A stretch of DNA of 64,000 nt, taken from positions 11,036,001 to 11,100,000 of the forward strand of contig JBHGNT010000011.1 of the NCBI GenBank assembly GCA_043228905.1. The letters are read 5' to 3'. The notes under the pieces are model-generated. The model saw only the letters and a program-made list of their open reading frames with translations, made no database searches and was not told the DNA's origin. Positions 23,601 to 35,800 of the stretch are shown here, in pieces. This DNA comes from Azolla caroliniana. Its lineage: Eukaryota > Plantae > Polypodiophyta. How positions within the stretch are numbered: position 1 is the stretch's first letter; each line of letters starts with the position of its first letter. A program made the position numbers and the translations under genes.

Positions 23601-26600
23601 TCCATAATAGTAGTGATGTTATGAAGAAATTCCATATTGGACAAGATAAAGTGGAATATTTTCCATTCTGAGGCACAAACACTACTGATCTGAGTTTTTT
23701 TTCTCATGTTCCCCTGGCTGCATTTCACCATTTCATGTTCAAATCATTGTTATTAGGATATGTATGTGTCCTAAAGGATACAGTGCCCACCTCCCTAGGC
23801 TGTAGGATAGCCAATGGTGTACTTCTATGATAACAATAAGCACATTATCTTCAATGCTTCTCAACCAGCCATCATAAATGTAACTACACTATAATCTAAT
23901 CATAAATGAAAAATGGTTGTCACTATCCACACTGCACACTGCATGCTCAAACTCAGTAACGAATAATAACAAACTGCAAACATGTAAAATATTGCTCGTG
24001 CTGTATCCTTGGCCTGAGTGTGATGCTATTTTTTTATTTTACCACGTATCCTCTTCTCTTTTATCATTGGATTTTACATCGTAATCTATTGTTATTATTC
24101 GTGCCTTAGTTTCTCCCTAATCTTATACATAGATGTGTACAGACAGATATGTTTAATTGTACAGACAGATTTTCCTTTTATATAAATATTGAGAAATCTA
24201 CGCTTGTATTTGGATCAGAAAATGTATATTCTGCTTTTACTTTCAAGCGTCATTTCTGTGGTTAAGTTTCAATCTTATATTTACACAGCCGATTTGGCAA
24301 ATTTGTTGAAATCCAATTCAATTCCATCGGAAGGATTTCTGGTGCAGCCATCAGAACTTATCTGCTTGAGAGATCTCGAGTTGTAAAATTAAACAATGAA
24401 GAGAGGAACTACCATTGCTTTTACCAACTCTGCTCATCAGCTATAGTAAGCACATCTATTTTTTTACTTCAATGATTTGTATCATATACATAATTGGTTT
24501 ATATATTTATCGACTGCACAGGATGCTAAAAAGTACAAGCTTATTGATCCAAGAAAATTTCACTATTTGAATCAAAGCAAATGCTTTTTTCTAAGTGGTG
24601 TGGATGATGGATTGGAGTACACTAGAACAAGAAGAGCTATGACCATAGTTGGAATAAGTTCAGAAGAGCAGGTTGTGTAAAATATATGATTCATGTATAT
24701 ATGACTCTTGTTTTTTTACTAATTTGGACATAATTTTTGATTGACTTTTTTCTAGGATGCCATCTTCAGAATATTGGCTGCAATACTGCATTTGGGAAAT
24801 ATCGATTTTGAACCTGGAAAAGAGCATGATTCATCATTACCAAAGCATGATCAATCGTACTTCCATTTACAAACGGCGGCTGAATTACTAATGTTTGTAA
24901 CAACTACATACCTTACTTCACTACCTGCATTTCTGCATTTCGATTTATGTGTCACAAAAGCATATGTAGATGATTGCATTCTATAGCATGATTGACATAT
25001 AATGAAAAATATCTTCCTCCCTGTGTCTGTGCTATTCATTCCATGCTTACAGAGGGAGACTTATGGTTCTTAGGAGACCTTAGGTTCATGAAAAACTGAA
25101 GAATAGCATTATTATGCTTCTCCTATATCCCCTTATAATTTCTACCAGAGTTTTTTGAAATTTCTGTAGCATATTACAATGCTATACAAGTTAAGGAATT
25201 CAAATTGGACACACATATGATAATATATATATATATATATATATTTATAGGTGCACAATGAAGACCTGAAGAATTTAAAAAAGAATTTACATACGAACTT
25301 TACAATTCAGGTCAGCCCTTTTTAGCCTAATATTTCAGGACAGTACCTTAGACCATCTCTCATGCTACAAAATGTCAAAGGGATCAAGCTGGCCATTGCA
25401 TTTTCTGATGGATGCCACTATACTCTAGAAAATGCTTCCTGGTATCTAATGCAAAGAAAATGAAAATGTTGCACAGCAATCATGCAGCTTCGCAAATTGA
25501 GCTTATAGTGATTGTCAGGCACAATGGCTTCCACTCTGTGAGTAGTCAATGGAATAATGCAGGCTCCTTGGAAATCGATTTTGTATCTAAGGAAAACTGT
25601 CTTCTATTCACTTCAAGGTTTGAGGTAGGCTGTGTATGGGTTATAATAATGAAAATGTAGAGTTTTCTAGATCCATCCACACTAGGGTTGTGTGGCATGG
25701 GTTAAGAGTATCCATATGATTGCCATGCATTGGAGGATATTCACCAAACTCTCATCTTGATTGTGTTCTTGAGAAAAATGCTTCTGATCTACTGCAGCAA
25801 TTCAATCTAGTATATGTCTGTCTCCCGTTTGTTGGTTTACACCTTTCCTACAACCCATGTCAAAGGTATTATTTACGAAATGAGAATTATGTTCATCAAG
25901 TGTAAGACTGCTATTTGTGGGTCGTAATGCAAAGATATTTAATAGAACAAGTTGTGATGGCATAAAACTTAAAAAGCTTCTTTTTATTCATCCTGACTTA
26001 TGAATATGCTTCTTGATCAAAATTCAGGTGCAATGCTGAGAACTTGAAGGATACCTTATGTACACGGGTCATTATTGCTCATGGGGAAGTGATAAAAAAA
26101 ATGTTGGATCCTGAGACAGCTATAACTAACAGGGATGCATTGTCAAAAACAATATATTCTCATTTATTTGACTGGTGAGACTACTCTTCTTGGTATTAGA
26201 ACTGATTCTATTCTTTTACACATCACACATACATGTGTTTGTTTAGATTACATGAGGGCTCTTCCTATGAGGGAGCTATGTTGTTTTGTGACTTGTGACT
26301 TGTCCAGAAAGGCTTAACAGCCTGAACATGAATGTATTATGCATGCAAGATAACCTACAAAAATTTGGCACATGATACAAATGAACGCATCCCAGCCATT
26401 GGTTCTAGCATATGAGGTGGTGGATTGTAGGTTGATTAATAAAAAACTAATGCATACAAAGGGTCATGTATCTATGTGAGAAGAGTTTCCAGGGCATGCA
26501 TTGCATCTAACATCTAGCTTTGTTAAAAAGCACTAAGATTGCATATTTTCACAGTTTAAGCTTCTATCCAAGATACATTGCTACTGAAATATGTCCAGGT

Positions 26601-29600
26601 CTATTATTGAGAAATTCATTAAAGCTGCAAAAACTCCTACATAAATGGGGAAGTGTGTTTCTAAATTTTTCTAATATACGCTAGAGATCTAGAGATTTCA
26701 TTTGTTAATCTTGTAGGCTAGTTGACAAAATCAACAAGTCGATTGGTCAGGACATGGAATCACAAGCTCAAATTGGACTTCTAGATATATATGGCTTTGA
26801 GAGTTTTCCAAATAACAGGTAACCCGATGTGCTTCAACTTTTACGCTTTTTATGACTTGGTTTATTGATGATACCATAAATAAGACACTGATATGGCAAT
26901 ATACCCAGCTTTGAGCAATTTTGCATAAATTTGGCGAATGAGAAGCTGCAACAACATTTCAACGAGGTGAGCTCTAGTCTGAATTGTATTACTCCTTACA
27001 TTTAAATATTAGATGATTAGTTTACTTTTAAGTCATGATGATGATCACTGAAATTTAATAACAGATAACGTTAACTTGCTGCAGCATGCATTAAAACTGG
27101 AACAAGAAGAGTATAGTAATGAAGGTATCGATTGGAATTACATCGAGTATATTGATAATCAAGATGTCTTGGAGCTGATTGAGAAGGTGAAAATAATTGT
27201 TTTTTTTACTACGATTGTTTTGAAAAGAGATATCAACTTACTGGTTGGTAGAAATTCATGATGTTAATGTTTTCAAGGAACAATTATGAGACAACATCTT
27301 GAGGAAGTGATAAATCCTGAACCGTGTAGATGAAATGAGGAAAAATGTGAGAAATTGCTATAATAATACATACATATTCTGTTCATGATCACATCTCCCA
27401 CACTCAAGCAATACTAATAGAGATTTTTGTATGAATGCTTTTACACAATTCAGGTGACTAGTTAACTGTGTGCAGTAAACGTATGTGTTGTTGATCCTCT
27501 GACTGCTTGTTGTAATGCCTTATGCAAATGGCTTGTTAAAAAATCCACCACATGAATGATTCCCAAATTTCCCTTTAATTTTGGTATAGATTGAGCGATA
27601 GCTATAATGGATGAACTCCTATCTACTTCAGTTATTTACTTAAAATAAATACATTTATCAGTAGCGGTAATGAACCCTGATTTATACATCTACCATTATA
27701 GATAACTAACCCCTGATTTAGATCTCAATCTTCCTTAGGAGTGTTTATGGCTGCATACTCAAGTTTTAAATTAGTAAATGGATTTATGTTTTCCTTGCTA
27801 CTTCACTCTATCATAACTATGTCAATTTGAACACAGCCATTGGTATATTAATTGATTCAGAAGTAGCTTCAGAATATGTCAATAGGAATGTTTTTAACTA
27901 GCAAGTATTCAATGGACACACATACATATAATAACAGCAAGGTAAGGAAATACCTCTTGAAGACAAGATACATGTTATAAGACATGCCATGGAAGGTCCT
28001 ATGTATATATACCCCACACATTTCTTTGCATGTAACATTTTTATAGATATGTTCATATATTAACGTCATAAACTCTCCATTGCAGAGACCAATGGGAATA
28101 ATTGCACTCTTGGATGAAGCATGGTAATTTCCTTTGATTTCACTTTGGTTTTCTCAAAATGATGATTTTAAAATACGGCTAAATCCATTACATTATGTTC
28201 CACATTTTTTGTATAGTTGCTTTTCTTTAGGGGGGATTATCATCTCTAAAACGCCATAATGTGCTATAAATTTTCATATTTCCTAATTCTGATGGAAGTA
28301 CAATAGACAAACAACAGCTGTAGGCAGGAAATTTTAACTATGTAACCAAGAGATACCATGACAAATAAACCATAGTAGTGGTGCATACTTCCTAGTAATT
28401 GATACTGAAATTCATGAAGAGGTAACAGCATTCTCAAGTTTTGAGGAGTTCCCACCTTCATTCCCCAGCCACCTTAGAAGAACCAGTGGATTTATCCCAT
28501 AGATTCTTCAAAATATGATCCAACTCATGCCAATTAATGGTCTACGTCTGATATTAGTTTGCCAAATCTTGATTCCAGTTATTGGCACCACTACAGTCAA
28601 CCTGAGTATCACATGCAAGCATTCATGGCTGAGTCTTCTTTATGCGTTATACCAATAATTCCATGCATATAACTCTCAGTATGATCATTTGCAGTATGTT
28701 CCCAAAATCAACCAATGAAACATTTGCTTCAAAATTGTTCCATGCTTTCAAAAACAATGAGCGCTTCAGAAAACCAAAGCTATCTCCCACAGACTTTATT
28801 ATTTCTCATTATGCTGGAGAGGTATATATGCAGATTTTCATGGTGGTGAGACTTTCAAATTTTGTTGCATTGATGCAGAGATTCAATTTGTTTACAGGTT
28901 ATATACCAAACAGATTTGTTTATTGATAAAAATAAAGATTTTGTGATTGTGGAGCATCAAGCTTTATTAGAATCTTCAAAAGATCCTTTTGTGTGTGAAC
29001 TGTTCACATCCAGAACAGATCATAAAATGAAGCCCTCATACAAGTTTTCTTCTGTTGCAACACGTTTCAAGGTTAAGTGTAAATAATCAGAGTAGATAAG
29101 TTATTTCACATATTTTTATTTATGAAAGAACAAAAGAATTGTGGATTGAGGTTTTTCTATGACCTTCAGCAACAACTTCAATTACTCATGGAAACTTTGA
29201 GTTCATCAGAGCCACATTACATTCGCTGTGTGAAACCAAACAGTGACAACAAACCTGGAAAGTTCGAGAATCAGAGTGTCCTCCATCAACTGAAATGTGC
29301 GGTAAGTGCTTTCTTATTCAAAAGACTGTTTGCATACATCAATTCTTAATTTAAGTGCAACTGCAGGGAGTGCTCGAGGCTGTGCGAATAAGTTGTGCAG
29401 GACACCCGACACGAACACCATATAATGAATTTCTCAATCGGTTTGGTTTCCTGGCTTCAAATATAATCAGCGGATAGTAAGTACCATTAATATACAGGTC
29501 TAGGTGATATTTCGTTGAGTTATCACAAGATGTTTAACTTATCATTGAACAATACACAGTGCTGATAGGAGAACAGCAACCGAGAAGCTGCTCGAGCATA

Positions 29601-29810
29601 TGAAAATCACTGATTATAGAGTAAGTAATATAGTAACCTTTTTATATTGGCAAATTTGAACTCATTCTTATGAACACATCCATTCTTTAAATTTGACACA
29701 TGCTCCCAGTATATAATGATTTATACTTGAAATTGGGTTATGTTATAGTTGGGAATGACAAAAGTGTTCCTGAGGACAGGACAGATGGCAGATTTAGAAG
29801 CTCACCGAGC
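20693..29810 (+). CDS. Myosin N-terminal SH3-like plus motor domain exons
   Basis: [117 protein letters not shown]; exon sizes 144/146/59/150/137/147/102/58/102/38/127/132/110/61 fit the conserved plant myosin XI structure. Confidence 0.95.
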
Positions 29811-32800
29811 AGAAGCTCTGAGTAAAGCTATTAAAATCATACAACAGAAAACTAAGAGCTACTTATTGAGGAAGAAGTTCTTGTTGATTCGGAGTGCAAC
29901 TTTGTGTATACAGGCACATTGGAGGGGTAAAGATTGAAACTCTCAATTTTAATATACCATTTGTATTTTATAGGTTCATTATATATCATGTTACATCCAG
30001 GACATCTTGATCGTATTGTGTATAAAGCTAAACGTAAGGAGGCTGCCACTATCTTGATTCAATGCTTTGCGCGAATGTGGCTTGCCCGAAAGACCTACCT
30101 CTCTTTATGCAGAGCAGCCATAAGGATTCAAAAGCATGCTCGCATCTTTCTAGAACAAAAGCGGGGAATTAGTTACCTAAAAACAAGCGCTGCAGTAACT
30201 ATGCAGGTGCATTTTGATTATTATTTATGGTCTCGTGAATTTTTCTGTATTTTATTGTTTTGAGAGTATACTTCTTCTGCAAGAGAATGTGTGTGGTTTG
30301 CTCAAACTTCAAACCTTAAACCAAGCTATGGTTATTTAAAAATGTGCTTATTCCTGAAACCTCAGTATATATAGGAATATGAGATTATCACCTAGATGGC
30401 TCTTCAATAACCATTACTTTGATGCATGAGAATTCATGAACTTAAATTTTCCATTATAATGCATGAACAATGGGTCAGACGTAAGAACAATATCATCTGG
30501 ATATAGAATCTTTGCACTATATCACTATCTATATTATATAAGATGTAGAATCTTGCCTGTATTTATAAGCGTTTTGAAAAGAGCAGGTGAAATACAATCT
30601 ATGTTAAAGTTTCAAAGACGAACATGTTGGTATATTTCATTATATTATCACAATTTAAATACACTACGCCAGGATCTCTACTTTGGCAGTGGAGTATGAT
30701 TGGCCACCATTGAAATTCATCACACATTCTAAGTGGAACACCCGCATATACATTTGTTTTTTGAGAGTCCAAGTAGATCAACACACCACTATAGACAATC
30801 TAGGGTTTTTTTCTAGTTGTGTGTGGTAGACCCAAAATGCCAGCGTTACAGTGAGATGGTTTTATAGATAGCATAATTCAAGTGAAACATTTTCAAGGCA
30901 TAGTGATGCACATGCATCCTATGAACATTTCCAACTTTTTCTTTGTATATGGCTTAATGGTTCCCAAGGACTTGAATTAGCTTTAATGCAAAACTGAAGT
31001 TCGTTTATGGAATTTTTATTTTAACACTGATCTTGATTTTCTATCTTGGATCATGATCTGATTCAATATCTTAAATCTCAATCCTGATCTTTTCATATAT
31101 AGATCTTAATATCTATATTTAAAACAATATGATGAATATTTCAAATTCTAGTCTCATAGGCATCTGTGTTTTGGTTATGCTTTTCTATCCTCACACACTT
31201 CCTAATAACATAACCACAATGCTTCTTAGCATAAAATTTTCTATTTTTCTTTTTCTTTTTCAAGTAGGTGTTGAAGAGATGGAAACATCATCTTTTGGTG
31301 TTCAAATGACCAAGAAGCGAATACTTCGTTCACAAACTTGAAAGATTGATTCTATTTGTCACCACCTATTTATTTTCTCAAATTCCTTGGAAGGCCTGGA
31401 TTTTGTTGCTAAACCATCATTGCCCTAAGATTCGTACAAAGAAGCTTTGTATTATTTTGAAAAAAGCACATGTTTGCAACAGTCCCAATGCAAATTTGAT
31501 CTGCTATGTTTCAAAGAACATAATAGTGAACATGTCTTAGGACATTGGCCTTTGACTGAGGTTTGGAAGTTACCCGTGCAAATAAATACCTTCTGCTAGA
31601 TTCCCCACTGCTAGATTCCCCACTGAGAGCTAAAATGATTCGTCTCCTTGTAATTCCTGCTAAATCAAGAACATCCCAACAAATTATCACATTTCTCTCT
31701 TTCTTTCTGAAACTCAGTACCTACTATCAAAACATGTGACGTTAATGATCCCCTTTAATATTTTCAGACAAAGGACAAGGGGACATGTGTCACGGTGTAC
31801 ATTGGACTGCATAAGATATACCTGCACAACACTCATTTTATAGATTTTGTACACTTGAAGCAGTGAAAATGAATATTGCCAATCCCATTTTCTAAACATT
31901 TGACTAGGAGTACTCACTGACATAAGACTGCTCTACAAACACTTTTTACATTCATGTCTGGACCCTCTTTGGTTTTTCAACACATATTTGAATGGCTCAT
32001 AAATTTTGGTAAGACAGTGCCCACTAGGAAATTGAAATGTGTTTATTATATTGACATGAAGAAAGTATATAATACAGTACTGCACAAGGCTTGCTCTGGG
32101 TGCTCAAAGTTATGTTTTGAAGAAAAGAAAGAAAGAAAGAAAGATATATTAACGTCTTTTAAGAGGCCAAAATGGCCTATAAGACCGAATAAGAGATTAC
32201 ATCTTAAATATTTTCTCGTCTTTGAGAACAAATCAAAATAAAGTAAATATTACACAATAAATATAAAAGTAAATAAGATGAAGAGAAAAGAGACAAGAGA
32301 ATCTGGTTTTTGGCACATGCGAGATTCTCAAGTTAGGTGTATTGTAGCCTTTGTCTCTGAAAGATCTCTATCATAGGTCGATCTAGAATGGAAATGTCTC
32401 CAAAGCGAGGGAAGCACCTACGATGGCGGGAGATAATGGCTTTTATTTGTCGATGACAAGGGTGTCGGGGTCGTGGTCCATGGGGCCGGGGCCTACGTGC
32501 ACGACAAATTGCCATTGCCCGATCAATCGTAACCCCTTTGTTATATCCTGGTTTGGATCCCATTTCTGTATCCTGGGGTTGATTTCTAGCATTAGGAGTG
32601 ATGGAGCTAAAGAAAGTTGTGATTGTTCTTTGTGGATGAGCTTGTGTGGCTATATTCTTCAACAACTTTTCCCGATGTCTCTTGAGCTCGAGCAAGAAAA
32701 GTCCTAGGCATCTTTGGTCCTCATAATCCATTACCTTGCGTAGTGGGCCAAAGCCTTGTTTAAAGAGGCAATGGTATCTCCCTCTGATTTCATAAAAGAC

Positions 32801-35800
32801 ACTACAATGACAAACGTAGTGTTCTTCAGATTCCACTCCTTGATGACACAATTGGCAAATTCTCTCTTCTAGAGGTAGTCGTGTATATCTGCCCACCTCA
32901 ATCTGTAGCTGATGTGATGAGGTTCGCAGCTGCCCTATCACACTACGCAACGCATAGGATAGATGTATGTCCATATAAGGTGGCCTTATGACAAATCCAT
33001 CCTCCGATGTATGTAAGAAGTGTGTCTTATAGTGGGCCATCTTTGTACCAAGTGCTATTTTGGGGCTGATCCATGTTATCTTGTTTTCTAAGTTAATAAT
33101 ATCAGTTCGGATCACTCTATTCTTTTCCACTTTGGTCATATTGAGATGGGGACAGTCCAAGCTATATTGGAACGGGGGTAGTGCATTTATACTCATGCCA
33201 TGTCAAGTTATCACAGCGTTGGATCCCGTATATAGACAACATTCTGGTCACACTGTTGGGCATAAAACGACAGTGAGGGCATGGCAATGATACATTGGAT
33301 TTCCTGTATACACACAACATTCTAGTTGTGGTTGCCTGAGCTGAGACAGAACCGTAGACAACTGAGATTGAGTACTGGGCAAAACCTATAGCTGTCTAGG
33401 AATCCTTGTTGATCTTTAATTTTACCTGAAACCAAGTCATAGATTGACCAAAAATATTTAGGAGAAAAGTTTCCTTCTAGATTATGGGGTTTATAGTCTT
33501 TAGTGATTTCTTACTATTTTTATAAAAAAATAATTGAAACTGTCTCGGGGAGCAGGAGAGATCGTAACTCTTCATGCAATGAGTGTGAGATTGTGTGTAT
33601 GTCTCATGCATCTCAGAATTATACAAGCTAGTCATAAAACAGTCATTGCATTGATGCGGATTTCTCCTTGCTTTCAGCAATAATGGGAGCTAGCCCCTTC
33701 ACTTTATCCGTTCATAAGTAGATATTACAAGTATTTTTCCACAGGTTAAAACTGCAGAATCAGAATCAGAAGAAGTTAAGACAGCTGGGCTGCAACATCA
33801 CTTCCTTAAAATTGAAAAGTATAAGCAAGCAGAATTAGCAACAAGGGAGAGAACTCTTACTGAAATGGACAAGCCAAAAGGAGCAGAGCTCAAAGGACTG
33901 CAGATCGCACTTATTGACATGAAAGAGTCGAAACAAGCAGATTTGGCAAGGCTGCAGGGTGCACTTACTGAAATTGAAGAGTCAAAAGGAGCAGAGCTAG
34001 AAAGGCTTCAGAATGCATTTACTGAAATGGAACAATCAAAAGACATTGAGCTAAAAATGCTGCAGAATAAACTAGTTGAGGCGGAAGCATCCAAAAAAGC
34101 AGAATTGGAAATGTTGCAGACTGCACTTCTTGAAATGGAACAACGAAAAATATCAGAGATAACCAGGCTGCAACGTAAACTTCATATCAAGGAAGCAGAA
34201 TTGGGAAGGATGGAAATGGCAGTTCTTCAAACAGAGCTGGCAAGGCTCCTCATGCTTTGTGTGTATGTGTCTTTGCATTAATCAGACATAGGATTTTAAA
34301 AGTTTAGAGTCCTCAGTTCCGTGGATACTTTTTCTAATTTGGTTACACCAATCATGCAGGCTAACCCATTGATCACTTTATTGTAAGAATTTATTTATAA
34401 ATAATCTTCCCATCTTTCTACAGGATAAAACAAGAGAAACAGCAGAATGTCAAGAGTTGGCGTTATTTGAAATGGAAAAGTCAAAACAAAAAGAGCTCGC
34501 AGGGGTGGAGGCCACGCTTATTGAAATGGAAAAGTCGAAAGGAGCAGAGCTCACTAGGCTACAGAGTGCACTTATTGAGATGGAAAAGTCTAAAGGAGAA
34601 GAGGTGGCAAGGCTGGAGGCTGCACTCCTTCGCATGGAAGAATCAAAAGATGCAGCGGTGGCAGAGTTGCAGGCAGCACTACTTGAAATGGAAGAATTGA
34701 AAAGAGAAGAGATATCAAGGATGGAAAGTGCATTCCTTCAAATGGAAGAAACACACAGTGCAGAACTAGCAAGGCTGCAAAGCACAATTCATGACATAGA
34801 AGAGAAAAAGGAGGCAGAGCTAGCACAGCTACGAAATGCACTTTTTGAAATGCAACAACAGGCAGAGTCAATGGGCATCCTTATTCTAAAAGAACGTGAG
34901 ACAAATAAAATGTTATCCATCCAACTGGCCAGTTTGATTAAAATAAGGCCATTGCTTGAAGTCACTGAAGCTAAAGCATACCAGCTTGCAAAAGAGAACG
35001 GGCATTTAAGAGTATGATCTCCCTCTCTTTTGCATGCATTTTCTTTTAAGTGCCCTTGATAGATGGTGCTGATAATACAATATACTTATAGATACTCAAA
35101 GACATCCATGAAAATAAGTTACTAGAAGCTGAAAAAGAATTGCTTAATGCAAGAAAAGACAGTGAGCACAAGGTTCAAAGGAGCAATGAAGCTGATTCAA
35201 GAATGGATAAAGTACAGGAAACTTTGGACAGGTCCAAATTCCATTACTTTTTTAGAATTGATTAGATAATATCTTTCAACAAAGCAAACAGATGTTTATT
35301 GACTATGGCTGACACAGAATTACACTAACAGGCATTGTTTTTCAGGTAATGTTTTAGGGTCACGGTGTCGGTAAGTGATACAAAATCTGTACAAGATGCA
35401 CAGATGTTTTCGAAAAAGTGAAAGACAGGATCTTTAATAGTTTTTGAAAAGAAACCATATGTCATCATTCTCAAGTTTTTTATCAATATGATTATGTAAA
35501 GCTATGATAAATAAATCTTAGGAATGGATAAATATAACTTATTTTTTTAGGAAAAAGCTAGCAAGCACCAAGCTTTAGAGAAGAAAATTTGGACGAATAA
35601 CATGTGTCATTACCCTCTATGCATTTCATGTATAGAATCACTAAAAACTTACGGTTGTGCAGGTTGGAAGAGAAAATAGCATATATGGAGTTAGAAAATC
35701 AAGCTCTTCGAAGACAAGCACAAGTATTCTCTCCAAATGGCCGTAAAGATCATGTGATGCCTCTTCACCAGGTAGTTTTATATCTTGACTCATGATATGA

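Noticed and set aside
33217-33391. RWIPYIDN... and [15 protein letters not shown] segments as the missing IQ exon
   Set aside because: Both hit in-frame stops without a convincing donor, and similarity to IQ5/IQ6 is weak.
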